Positions 38,301-52,226 of a stretch of 64,000 nucleotides of DNA are shown one piece after another. Each line of letters starts with the position of its first letter. Positions within the stretch are counted from its first letter, which is position 1. The position numbers and the translations under genes were made by a program. The notes beneath the pieces were generated by a model, which was not told the origin of the DNA, made no database searches, and was given only the letters and a program-made list of their open reading frames with translations. The DNA is from Callorhinchus milii (taxonomy: Eukaryota): NCBI RefSeq assembly GCF_018977255.1, contig NW_024704743.1, positions 13,456,001-13,520,000 of the forward strand. The letters are read 5' to 3'.

Positions 38301-40894
38301 AAGATACATATGGAGAAATAAGCATTGCTTATGGCCCTAGCTACAGCCAGCAGCCACTGTGTTAAAGCACTGCACAATGTGTCTGGTATACATATGTTAA
38401 GACAGGAAGGCACTTTATCAGCTGTGTCACCAAATTAAGTAACTTGACAGATGAAGTTGCAGTTGGTTACCGTGTGATGGGCTTAATAAAAGTTCTTCAT
38501 TACGCTGTGGAGCCATCATTGGTTGGGGCTTTCACTCAATATTGGGAATTAATTGGCGAGCTTTGCAAAAGAATTTGCCGCACAACCGGGATTTGCTATT
38601 TACAAATAATTCTGTGAATATAATAATAATCCTTGCATTTGATAATAGCGCTTTATCATGTCTTCTAGACGTCTCAAAGCACTTCACAGAATATACTGTA
38701 AAGTGAATTGACTGTACACGTTGTGGGCGAATCGCAGCAGCCAATTGCGCACAGTAGTGTCCCACAAACAGTCGTGGATTGAAGTGACCAATTTATTATT
38801 AATTTTTTTTGAAGGAATTATTAACTCTGGAAAAGCATCCGCCAATCGACTCACAACCAGGTTCCTACTTACTGCTAGGTAAACAGAGATGTGTGGAGTA
38901 AGGAAACTTGCCCAATATTTCACCCTGCTGGGAATTGAACCCAGGTCTCTCCCTTGTGAGGGGAGCACTCTAACCACTGAGATACAGGACTCCAGAATCT
39001 CAGTAAATAATGGAATAGTACATTTGGCTCAGTAGATCTGCCTAGTGCTGGAAAGCAGTTCATTGTGTGTTCAATTTTGCTCAACAAGAACTACTTGGTT
39101 CACTCTGCCTAGTGTATAACTGAGCTTTCCAGGTCCAGAAAGGTTTGATTCGCAGTCTTAACCCACTTCCACCGCACACTACCAAGTCAGTAGCTTTACC
39201 AAGGGAATTTCACTCTTCAAAGCTTTCAATGAAAACTCTGCTACTTCTACTTGTGATAAATCAAAGATTGTTTCAAATATGTTGAAGTAATCGCCAATTA
39301 AAGTTGCATCCGTTGTCTTACTGGAATATTGCTGCCAATATCAAATGCTAAATCTCACTAAGGTAATGATCAGGTTATAAGTGTGTTAAATTTAGCTCTG
39401 TGAGGACCACTGTACAATTCTGAACTAAAATAGTAAAGCACTGGAAGACTACAATTATGATATCATCCACTCATTGTGATTGAGAAATTAAGAGTTAAGG
39501 AGACGGTTAGAAGAAAATCTCTCAGGCAAAGGTGATTGCAACATGGAATGCTTTGATGCAAGTGTCTGTTAAGACCATAGCATTTAAATGGAAATTAAAT
39601 AAACATTTCAAAAGAAACAATCCAAAAAACTAATGGAACACAGTGGCGTAGTGAGATTTGGATGTCGAGTTGTAAATGGAGGAATGAGCAATAGCATTCT
39701 GAGCTGTAATTTCAATAATTCCATGATCTGCACTTCCTGGTGTTTTTGCAGTTCCACTTGTGATTAATAAAGAATGTCAGGAAATCCTTTTTTTTGCAGA
39801 TTAAATTCAATTGTATGTATAGGAGTTGTTTACCAAATAGGAATTCCACACCACCCAGTGCTGAAAATATGGATGAACATCGCAGCAAATCATCTCATCA
39901 CACAATTCATTTGCTACACCCTCTGGGACGCAGGCTTGAAAGAAAACCTATCAGACGGGATCATATAAAGGTATGTGATGCTGCTATTGATTTGTGGCTT
40001 CGAAGACTCGAGGTGATACTGCACTCTAAGTCTCTGCTGAGTTTAGATTGCCTCAGGACTTTCAAAGGATGCTTGTGGAAATAATAATAAACAATACTAA
40101 TCCTTGAATTTGATATAGTGCCTTATTATGTCTTCTAGACATCTCAAAGCACTTCACAGAATATACTGTGATATGAATTGGCTGTATGTCTTGTGAGTGA
40201 AACGCGGCAGCCAATTGCGCACAGCAGTGTCCCACAAACAGTCGTAGATTAAGTGACCAAATTATTATTAGTTTGAAGGAATTACAACCAGGTTTCTACT
40301 TACTGGTAGGTAAACGGACGTGTGTGGAGTAAGGAAACTTACCCAATGTTTCGCCCTTACCGGGAATCGAACCTAAGTCCTCTCGCTTGCAAGACGAATG
40401 CTCTACATTCATGCACACGCAAATATCTTGACATCATTGCATCACTGCTGTCATTTAAAATTTATTTTTCTGACGTCTGCTACCAAATTGCATGAGTGGA
40501 GGCCGGGAGATGTGCCTGAACATCAGTTTTTTTTGGTGTTTTTTGTAGCTCCATTACAATTATTTAACATCTCTCCTTCGTTACTCATAATTTTTGGGTC
40601 AGCCGGGTGTCTGACACAAACAGAAACCCATCACCATTTTTAACAATATCCAAATCAAACTGAGAGTTTCATGCATCTCACCTACACATGGAATTTCCAG
40701 AGATGTTTATTGGAATGCACACTTTCTCCCTGGAAGGATGCACCCTGCTTACCTGATTCCGGAAAGTATTAGATGCACGTTGGCAAGAACTGAGGAGGTA
40801 CATGGGGGTACTGCTGGAGTCTAACCAGCTAAAACCATATAGCATTGAGAGTACTGACTGGCAAGCTTTCCCACCACTTGTTCAGCTAAGACCA

Positions 40895-41310
40895 CCCAAC
40901 CCAGTCATCACCAGGCCTCACTGTCTCCCAACAGATTGACTTCAAAGTCCTCACCATGATCTTCAAATCCCTTTAAACCTTAGCTCTTCCCTATCTTTGT
41001 GATCTTCTAGCCCACTTGTCTGCTTGCCTCCTCCACTCAGTTTGCAGCATGACCTCTTCCCCTCCAGATCATCCTTAAGTGACCAAGCATTCAGCTACTA
41101 CGCCCCTAATCTCTGGAACTCTCACCCTTTACCCTTATATCTTGCTACCTCTCCATCTTGTCTTTAAAACTTGCCTTACAATCTACATCTTCATCTTCAC
41201 CTCTGATCGCCTCCGCTTCTCCTTTCTCTGCATCTGACTCAGTCATTGTGAAGTTCTCTGAGATGTTAATCTATGTGAATGGTGCAATATAAATGCAAAT
41301 TGCTGTTATT
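40895..41310 (+). mobile_element. Decayed L2 3' fragment
   Basis: IDFKVLTMIFKSL..LALPYLCDLL remnant and L2-type tail. Confidence 0.65.
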
Positions 41311-41974
41311 TTTGCAGCAGCCATTAAGAAAATAAATGCTAATGATCTTTCGCACTACAAGGTCAATCCAGACTGTGAGCTCAGAGGCCCAACACACATA
41401 CACGCACACACAAACACACATAGTCAGTGGCATTGACAATACTGACCTCTAATGGGATTTTCCTATTACAGTTGGACACAATGAAAATATATTAATTGTA
41501 AGTAGAGGAGACAAAAACATTGGGACAATATATCAATAGCCTCTTTGTCCTCACCAAGTTAGCTGGGAGTTGCTTGAGTGCCAGATGATTGGGGTGGAGA
41601 GAGACTGACCACAGAATACTGATGGTTGTTTAACCAAAGGACCTTGAAGGAAACACATTTGACTGTAGGCCAAGGTGTTAACTAAAGGAAACACATTTTT
41701 TGTCTTCAGACATTGCCCATTTCCTATTGAGATATTATGATACTAAAGTGTAACGAATGGTCAGTGAAATGAACAGTACCTCTTTAATTTGGTTATTAAA
41801 TAATGTGTTGAGTCTTTGTGCAAACCATCTTATTAAATGGCACTATTATTACAGGCAATGTTAACTGAAGACTAACAGTTTGTATGGGGGATGAAGGGAG
41901 AGGAGAAGGGTAAGAGTTGAAACTGTGTTTTGGGGGAAAACAACCTTGTATTTTATTTGCCTGCCCGTTCACCT

Positions 41975-42882
41975 CACAGCGTGAACCCATCACCAAACAT
42001 GTTTTTTCTTCCACTCCCCTCTCAGCATTCGTCACGGACTGCTCTCTTCGTGACTCCCTGGTCCACTCCTCTATCGATACTAACACCTGCTCTCCCTCCC
42101 CTGCCCCTTCCCATGGCAGTGCAGGAGATGCAACATCTGCCCATTCAACTCCTCGATACAACTGTCCAGGGCTCCAAACAATGCTTCCGGGTGAGACAGC
42201 AATTTACATGTACTTCCACCAACGTAGTATACTGTAATCGCTGCACACACTGTGATCTTCTCTACATCAGGGACACCAAACGCAGATTGGGTGATCGCTT
42301 TGCCGAACACCTCCGTTCAGTCTGCATGTGCAACCCTGAGTTTCCGGTCGCTTGCCACTTTAATTCTCTTTCCTGCTCCCACTCTGACCTCTCCTTCCAT
42401 GACCTCCATGGCTGTTTGAACGAAGCTCAACACAAGCTTAAAGAACAGCACTTGATTCACCTCCGAGGCACCTTACAGCCCTTCGGCCTCAACATTGATT
42501 TCAACCACTTCAGACCCTAACCACAGCTCCCATCTTCTCTCAGCCTTGCTCCCAAGCCCCCACCCTTTCTTCTATAACCATTAACACATTCTCTGTTCGG
42601 TCTATAATCTCCCACTATTGCCTTTTGTTTTGCACCATCAACACCTCTAATTTCATCATTTACTCTCCTCCATCTAAAAATGTTTCCTTTGTCTTTCTTT
42701 CCTCGCCCCCTTCTCTGCTTGTCCTTATAATCTGCTCCCTTCCAACATACTCCAGTTCTGACAAAAGGTCATAGACCTGAAACGTTAACTCATTTCTCCA
42801 TGGATGCTGCCTGACCTGCTGCGTGTTTCCCAGCAACTTTTGTGTTCATACCAGATATCCAGCATCTGCAGTACTTTGCCTC
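41975..42882 (+). mobile_element. Penelope-like retroelement remnant with GIY-YIG endonuclease
   Basis: FTCTSTNVVYCNRCTHCDLLYIRDTKRRLGDRFAEHLRSV...PVACHFNS...EQHLI..GTLQPFGLNIDF, followed by the terminal repeat. Confidence 0.9.
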
Positions 42883-45800
42883 TTGTATTTTATTTATTTG
42901 TTTTTAATTCCAAACATTCGATAACATTTTGTTCATTGATCATTAATGCCCTACTATGTCATATGCTACAAATACAACTATATAACTGAATGAATGTGCT
43001 TTTAATAAATATTTATAATATTTACATTTGGTATAGTGCCTTTCAGGTCAGAAGGATGTCTCAAAGTCTTCACAGGATTTACTGTAAAGCATAGTGACTG
43101 TGTATTTTGTAGGTGAACATAACAGCCGATTTTGCACACTGCTATGTGCCACAAACAACAATGAAGTGAATGGCTAATTTATATTTCAGGAACTTTTGGC
43201 CAGGACACTGAGAGAAACTCCCTTCTTTTTTGAATGATGTCATAGAATCTTTAACATACACCTGAACAGGCAGACTGACCTTTTAACAAAGGACGGGTGA
43301 TTTTGTGAATATAAAGCTTTACTTTGTGGTTCACTTTATGACATTATGTTTTAAAGGAGGCCCAGACATCTGACCGAGCTGGGCATCACTGCAGTAAAGA
43401 GATAACACGCCTTAAATTCAAAGGTGGTAACTTCTGTGATGATGTCACAACCTTGATATTAAAGTTAATTATGTTTTACTCATGAAGCCAGTCCCAGCAC
43501 TTGAACACTGGAGCCCTCCATAATATGTGAGTGCATATGATTATCATCTGACAGACAAAGGTGAAACAGAGGACACAGTGTCAGCAGCACAGATGTTACC
43601 AATTCACAAGACATACTTGTTCCTATCCTGATTTTACTTTCAGTTATTGTCTGATAGGTTGTTATTATTGCTGCTGTTATTTCTGTGGTTCTTGTTATTG
43701 CTGTAAGTTATTACTGATGAGGGAATTAATATTACTATAGCTGTTATCAATGAGATAGTTATTATGGTTGTTTATTCCTATGTTTTTTATTGCTGAGTCA
43801 GTTATTACGATGGTTGTTATTATTGCTGAAGCAGTTATTACTATAGTTATAATAATAATAATCCTTGCATTTGATAGAGCGGCTTATCACTTCTTCAAAT
43901 TGGCTCACAGAATATACTGTAAAGTGAATTGACTGTATACTTTGTGGGCGAAACATAAAATGAAGGCAGTTATTATTACTAAGGTTTTTATGATTACTGA
44001 CACCATTGCTCTGGTCATCATCATTAATGTGGCAGTTATTACGCAGGTTTGTGGGTTCAAGCTCCACATCAGGACTTTGAACTCACATTGTGTACACTGA
44101 CACTCCACCACAGTGCTGGGGGGGTTTCTACACTGTTGGAGGTGCCACATTTGGATGAGACGTTAAACAAGGTTCCGTCTGCCTGTTCATGTGGACGTTA
44201 AAGATCCCATGGCACTATTTGAAATGAGAAGGAAGTTTCTCCTGGTGTCCTGGCCAATAATCCCCCAAATAAAATTGGTCACTCACTCCATGGCTGTTTG
44301 TGGACATTTCTGTGCTTTCATCTAAAAGATAGGCAGTCAACAATAACTTACATTTATAGAGCGCCCTTCACGCAGGGCAGCATCCCAGAGCACTTAAGTC
44401 ACGACACTTTACAGCATATCCTGTGAAGCGCTTTGAGATATCCTCCAAACATGAAAGCCACTGTATCAAATGCAAGTATTACTATTGTTAGTATTATTGT
44501 TGCAGCAGTTATTACTATGGTTATTCTTGCTATGCAAATATTGTTACTATAGGTATTATTGTTGGTGACAGTTATTATTACTATAGCTACTTATTGCTGT
44601 GGCTGTTATTGCTGCTACAACAATTGCCAAGATCTCTTTAACTGAGAGAAATGACTGAGAATCATTGACTGGGAGGGCGCTAAATCCAACCAGACTGAAG
44701 CAGTTTCTAAAATAACATTATAAATAACCACATGTTGTCAAAGCCTCCAATGACTGCTATGGGCAACTTACACACTTTCCCCTTCAGGGATCAATACAAA
44801 ATCAATGCCAGGCTCAGGCTAATTTGTTGCATTGTAGTCTGGTTGCTTAATGTGCAGCCACTCACTGTTTACCAGTGTGGTGGGAACTGGCTTGGAGCTG
44901 AGCAAGTGATTCATTTTCAACCTTTTTCACAATGTCATTGACCAAAGGCATGACCCCTGAATTCACTCCTTAGTATACTGTGAATTATGGAATAACCAAA
45001 AAAGACTCACTGGAAACTGTCCAACAGAGAAGCTACAGTCAACTGGACTGTCCCAATGTTATAAGAGTCCCGTAACATAGTAGTTAGAGCACTCGCCTCG
45101 CAAGTGAGAGGGCCCGGGTTCAATTCAAAAGTGGGGCAAAACCTTACTCTTTACTCCACACGTCTCTGTTTGTCTAGCAGTAAGTAGGAACCAGGTTGTT
45201 AGTCAATTGGAGGATTGCTTTCCGGGGGTAAAAATCCCTCCAAAAAAATATTTTTTAAACAGAATTATTTAGTGACTCAATCCATGATTGTTTGTGGGAC
45301 AATTGGCTGCCGTATCTCTTCTACAAAATACACAGTCAACCTACTTTACAATATATTCTGTGAAGCAATTTGAGACATCTCAATGATGTGATAAGGTGCC
45401 AAATCTGATGCAAGGATTATTATATTTATAAGAGGAGACACAGAACCTCCGAGTAATTAATCTCAGTTGCCTGTTGTTATTTGCTTTACAGTAATGCACT
45501 GTTTAGAGTCAGACTGGAAGCAAACATTCTGTGCAGCTGCTCTCTTAACCCTCATCTTCAGATGTGGGGTACGATGCCACCCACAGCTGCCCTGAACTCA
45601 GAAACATCTGCAAAGTAAATAGAGGAGAATTGCTACCTCCAGGCCACCAAAACCTGTATGAAGTGGTTTTCTCTGCTGTTCTGATCATAATAGAGTTGGT
45701 AATGGAAGTGTTGTTTCCGGAGAGGCTATTTCAACTGGCTCCAAATTAAAGTTTCTCCCAGTGTCCTGGGAGTTCGTCTACAAATAGACAGTACACCAAA

Positions 45801-47672
45801 TCAAATCCTGGGAGGCACTTTGAAATGTCTCGACAACGTGATCAGGCTCTACATCTATTGCAATTATTATTATAAACAGAGTAAGAAACAAGACATTTAA
45901 ACCACTGCACGCAGACAAACATGTCGTACAGCTTGAGTTGTGTGCTTGAGTCCAGCTCAGTGTAAATGGGATGAATCCCACAGTGCCGACTGCTCAGGGC
46001 ATTGCAAGACACTTCTACTTGAAGCACTTGTGCAACAGTAATGAAGCGTTAAATTCTCCTCTGTAACATTTACCCAACACTTCCAGGCCGTTTGGCCTAC
46101 TTTTAGGGTGAAGGCAGTATTCCCAGTGTTGGCTCCTACAGTAGCTTTCTGCAATGTGTAATGTTACGATGAATGATTCAGACACGAGGTTGTTCAGCGT
46201 ATCCAGCCATTGGTTTGAGGTACAGTATCAGATTATGTAGAGGTCACAATGCTAACATTAAGCCATATAGAGGTGATCACTTCTAATGTCATATTATACA
46301 TATAGAGGCTATTACTATTGTAATCCGGCTACACCGGGGCACTTATTGCTAATACAACAACATGCATTTACATAGGGCTCTTCATGTGTGGTAACGTCCT
46401 TATGCCGTCCTTCGGATGAGACATTCTCCGAGGTTCCGTCTGCCTGTTCAGGAGGACAGTAAAGATCCCATGAGACTATTCAAAAAGAGAAAGGAGTTTT
46501 TCCCGATGTTCTGGCCAACAATCCCCCAAGTAAAATTGGTCACTCACTCACACTGGCTGTTTGTAGGACATTGCAGTGTGTGCAATTGGCTGCTGTGTTT
46601 CGCCCACAAAATACAGTCAATCCACTTTACAGTATATCCTGTGAAGCGCACTGAGACATCTCAACAACGCGATAAGGCTATATTTAATGCAAGGATTATT
46701 ATTATTATAAAGAGAAACTCTTCTTTTTGAACAATTTCATAGAATTTTTAACGTATACCTGAACAGGCAGACTGACCCTTTGACAAAGGACGGGTGATTT
46801 TGTGAATATAAAGCTTTACTTTGTGGTTCATTTTGTGACATTATGTTTACTCCAATGCAAACCTTTCTTTTACTTCCTGTAGTGGAAAGAATTGTTCCAG
46901 CCTCAGGTCAGCTTTTGTGGTGGAAAGACATGAATCTGCATCTTAAAAGTATTCCTTCTGATGCTGTGGAATGTGCCCTGCAGCCTGGGGCAATAAGATA
47001 AGGGACTCAGGGAAGATCAGGCAGCATCTTTAAGAACCTATGTAATTCTCCAATTTATATAGAGTATAATGCTCCAATTTATGTAGAGTACAATGCTCCC
47101 CTAGCTCAAGAGTGCCACTCAAGTTTGTCACTCAAGGCTGTCAGTTGAGCGTCACTCTACTTCAGACGTGGTGTTTATATCTGGAAAGCCCAGGGTGTAA
47201 GCAGTGTATTAATGTCACATCCATCAAACATGGGCAAGATCTAGGGAAACGATTCTTCCCAATCTAACTGAAATAACAATAGTGGAGACAATGTGATGTG
47301 CTTACAAATGAGGCAACTTTCCTCCCAGCTCTTTTCACTCACTGGCTCTGCCACTATTACTTAATTTTGTTCTGGTCAGCCGGGTGCCTGACAGAGGGAG
47401 AAATCCACCTGGGTTTGAGCAATTCAGAGCATGCAGAATTTAATAAGTTCTTAAATTTGGTCTTTACAATGTCTAGAAGACGTGAAAAGCGCTATATCAA
47501 ATGCAAGGATTATCATCATTAATTTTAAAAGGATTTCCTGTGCTTCTAATCAAAGATCCTCAGAAAACCAACTTCACAGTCAAATCTACATAACTATGAC
47601 AACTTGCATTTTTACAACGTCCTTCATTCAGGGTAGTGTCTTGGAGCGCTCTAAAATGCTAATAAAATACAG

Positions 47673-47993
47673 TATAATAATAATAATAGTCCTTGCATTT
47701 GATATAGCGCTTTTCACGTCGGGGGGACATCCCAAAGCGCTTCACAGAACACACTGTAAAGTGAATTGACTGTATATTTGTGGGCCAACACGGCAGCCAA
47801 TTGCGCACAGCAATGTCCCACAAACAGTCGTAGATTGAAAATGACCAATTTATTATTGTTTTTGGTTTTGGAGGGATTATTATTAGGCCGTGTGGAGTAA
47901 GGAAACTTGCCCAAGGTTTCGCCCTGCCTGGAATTGAACTCAGGTCTCTCGCTTGCAAAGCGAGTGCTCTAACCACTGAGCTACAGGACTCCT
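47673..47993 (-). mobile_element. tRNA-derived SINE (young)
   Basis: Full-length copy nearly identical to 29002-29308. Confidence 0.9.
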
Positions 47994-49996
47994 GTAGGTG
48001 TAGTGTAAATCTACACCCAGATGGAATTTTTCTCCTGCCCTCCATGATGTTGGGTCACTGGTTGTGGGGGAAAAGCTTGCCCAGAGTTTGTTTATTGCTG
48101 TGATACATATGCATTGTATCTGTTTGCATTCCTAATGTGTTTCAAAATAAAGCCCACTGGAGCTTTTGGGCTGAGCACTAAATCTCTCAGCTGTTCAGAG
48201 ATCTCCATGCATTCTAACTGCAGGGCCCTGTTTAAAATCAAACCTTCGCAAAGAAAGAATATTAATTTTAACAATAGTAATCCTTGGTGAATTTTTCTCC
48301 TGCTTCCAAAAATTGTTTCAGTGTTGCTATACAAAGGATGAATGCTGATGACAGCGCTGTATACAGTGGTTCACAGGAACCCTGCAGTGTTGAGGACCTG
48401 GAAATCATTTGTAAAATCATCATTAACATGGGGAGTCTCAGTCATCATGTCATTACAATTGTCAGCTCACTTACTTCCTCAAACCAGACTGCCGATCAGC
48501 CTGCCAGTAACCACTATTCAAAGAAAACAATTTGAAGAAAGCGCAGGAACAGAAACAGGAGAAAGTAACAAAAGGATGGCTAATAAGAAAAAAAACAAGC
48601 CCAAATGCTTCAAAGGGTTTCACGGTAATTACTGTCAGGTGAGGTGACTGTTTTACCGGAGCAAACGTGGCAGCCATTTTACACCCACATGATTTCACAA
48701 ATATGAGGCGAATAAGTAATTTATCTGGAGGGTTATCGGCCAGGACACCGGGAGAACATCTCTTCTCTTTTCAAATAGTGAGAAGGGGTCTAAATCATTT
48801 ACTCGAAGAACGGACAGACGGGATCTCATTTTAATGTCTCACTCGAAGGGCCACATCTCAACTTAGTGGCAGTGCAGACCTACTCCCGTTCCTCTTTTCC
48901 AAATTAAAACTAAGTTCTGGAAGTATAACATAAGAACACAAAAGGGTGGAAATCTGAGAGCAAGACACCTGGCATCTAACACCGTTCTTTCAGGTTGACT
49001 CGTGTTCTCTGACATCCCTATAATATAACAATAATAATCGTACATTTGATATAGAGATGTCTCAAAGCACTTCACAGAATATACTATAAAATGAATTGAT
49101 TCTATATTTTGTAGGCGAAACTCGGCAGTCAATTCCACATAGGAGTGTCCCACAAACAATCCTCGATTGAGTTCTATAGCTTAGTGGTTAGAGCACTCGC
49201 ATCGCAAGCGAGAGGAGCTGGGTTCGATTCCTGGCAGGGCAAAACCTTAGTTAAGTTTCCTTACTCCTCATCCCACTGTTTACTTAGCAGTAAGTAGGAA
49301 CCTGGTTGTTAGTCGATTGGTGGATCGCTTTTCTGGAAGTAATAATCCCTTCAAAAAAATATATAGTAATAATAATTTGGTCACTCAATCCACGACTATT
49401 TGTGGGAAACTGCTGTGCACAATTGGCTGCCACATATGGCCCACAAAATATACAGTCAATTAACTTTACGGTATATTCTGTGAATTACTTTGAGGCATCT
49501 CAAAGACATAAGGCAAATGCAAGGATTGTTATTATTATTATAGACTGCATGTGGGTGACAACATGAAGCTGCAGGCTGCACATTTGCAGAACAGCTGTGC
49601 TAGAAAGGCAGTAAAGTTCTGCTGAAAATGTTCTCAAACTATAATAGATTAAAGGAGACCATGAATATGGTGCAAGACTGTAATAGTGGAAGAGGTCTGT
49701 GCATTCTTTTCCAAGAAAATATATGTTTGGAGGCATGATCAGGCGTGTAGTGCTCTGGGGAATGCCATATAAACCACAAGAGTCAGTGAGATGATTATAC
49801 AGTTACCCAAGCTCTCAATGTTGCCGCCTTTTTAACACTCTCTGAGTCAGTCAGTTGTGTATTAATGTATACATTGTAAGACAGGTTTGCTTAAGCTAAA
49901 TTGAGTCATCATAATGCAGATCTTCTCTGACCCTTGTTTAACTGCCCCACTAAAGCCATAGATTATTTGACAGTCATTGACAGTCTTGCTCCAAGT

Positions 49997-50832
49997 CAAA
50001 TGATTTGACACTCCAGGTCATATGACTTTGATCCTACATGATGGGGATAGAGGAGTCTGTTGCAATGATATTGCAACATAACCACTTGCTGACAGAATCA
50101 ACTGACAGAGGGAGAACGTTTACAGAGGAGCAATACTCTTCAATGCATGAGTTTGTTTTCATTGGAAGCTGATTACTAGCAAATACATTGGCAGCTAAAA
50201 TGGTGGCAAATGTGAAAGTCTTGCTTAGGAGTAACAAGTACATTACTGCTGCACTTCCGTCAATGGCATCATTCTTTTGAGTTTGGAGGACAAGCGACTC
50301 GTATCATTTGTCGAGTAACTTATCACTTGTCACTCGATAAGTGATATGATTTTAGGGTGTGAGTTTTCACAAGTGGTAACTGTGAGAGCCTCAGGTCCGG
50401 TTGTGCAGAACTCATCTTATGATTGGGCTGAATTAAGAGATTCCTTACCTATGGTCCAACCCAGTTATAACACAATAATTGGGGTCCTTATAATGAGACC
50501 TGTGCTATAATGTGTCATAGTGCAGCCACTCACACTCTCCTCTGAGGACTCTGCACCCTCACTGTGCCTGTGCCGTGCACAGAAAGCTGGCCGGTCACTG
50601 GAGACTCCTTCTCAACATCATTTCCACGGTCACCAGAAGCCGTGAGTCGGTGTCGGTCAGGGCCATGTGCTATCATGTGACCAACTGCATTGTATCCAAA
50701 CTCATAAACTTTCTCCCTCTGTCAGTTGATTCTGTTAGCAAGTGGTTGTGCTGCAATATCATTGCAACAGACTCCTCCATCCCCATCATGTAGGATCAAA
50801 GTCATATGACCTGGAGCGTGTCAAATCATTTG
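49997..50832. repeat. Long inverted repeat (arms 49997-50122 and 50705-50832)
   Basis: The arms are reverse complements with ~5 substitutions and one 2-nt indel. The ORF track shows the same peptide LPLSVDSVSKWLCCNIIATDSSIPIM on opposite strands. Confidence 0.93.
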
Positions 50833-52193
50833 TTTCCTTACTTCAAATGCCTCTGTTTACCTCGCAATAAGTAGGAACTCAGTCGATTGGCGGATCACTG
50901 TCCGGGAGTAATGGTTTCTGCCAGTGCGCAAGTGGTCTGGTCTTCTCGAATACTCCTTGACCAGGTCGCACTGCTTGTTACTTAAGAGTGTGGTTGCTGT
51001 GCGGGGAGCAGCTTCTACAGTATAACCAAATTACTCACCCAGATATTCACATTGGGTGAACAGCCATCTTCGAATAAAATGGGCAACCATTATTATCATC
51101 ATCCAAACTCATGGTATTATTGAGACATTTTATTAACGGAGTCTAATTCCATTGAGTAGATTTGTGCAAGACCCCTTCCCTCTCTCCTCTCCCACACTGT
51201 TCTCAATACCGATGCCCTGGACCCTGTTCAACCATTTCTTTTTGGATAATTAGCAAAATCAGGGGCATAATCTGCAGGGATTGAGGGGGTAGGGGAAGAT
51301 AAATGGGACTGAACAAATTGCTCTTTGAAAGAACCAGCACAGACACAATGGGCCAAATGGCCTTTTTCTGTGCTGTAAAGATAAGCGCTTTCAGACGTCT
51401 TGAAGATGGGATAAGGCACTGTATCAAATGCAAGGATTATCATATTATTATAATTTCTACTGTTTTATGGGGCTCCACTCTTGAGTCTTTTTATTCAGTT
51501 AAAAAACCACGGCAGCACTAACTGCCAGTCAGCCACACGAGTTGGAAACCGAATGCGACGTCCAGCTCCATGGACTTTCGGCATTGAGTACGACTTGGGG
51601 CGAGCAAAGGGAGAAGGAGGGGAGAGGGTCCCACTTTGTATACATCAGGGTCAATCGTATTCAGATCGCGTAGGTTAAGAGCCCATTTTCAAACCCCGTG
51701 CCCTCAATTCAATTGTATTCCGCACTCTGCCCATGTACAGCCGGGCGATTGGGCAGCTCCTGTGCCAAGCTCGCGAAACATAACACTCGCATTATGTTCG
51801 AATTGTTCCGATGTTGAGTTTGAACAAAGTGAGAAAGAACAGTATTGTTTTTGTTACTGTTCACACCACCCTCCCCTCTTGCCACCCCACAGGAGGTGGA
51901 GGAAGTGTGACACATCGCTTCTTACGCCTCGTGTGAATTTCTGGGAACCGATGGGAGGCTTTTTGTTCATCAGAAATAAATGAGTTCAGAGCAAACCTTG
52001 TGTAAACAGGAAAGCTCCCTCCTTGACCAGGCTGGTCTTGCCCTGGAGTCAATGTCACTTGAGGTGATGTCCATCAGAGCTGACACCTCTCTTCCCATAG
52101 TGACAAAGAGCTGCTGGATTTAACCACACTCTGGCCCACACACCAGGTACACAGCTACTGACATCTTTCTGGCTCCTGAAGGAAAGATCAACC

Positions 52194-52226
<33 letters not shown>

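Noticed and set aside
48488..48638. Second plus-strand exon candidate (CAG|GTGAGG donor)
   Set aside because: The acceptor is weak and the donor lies at the edge of a decayed SINE.
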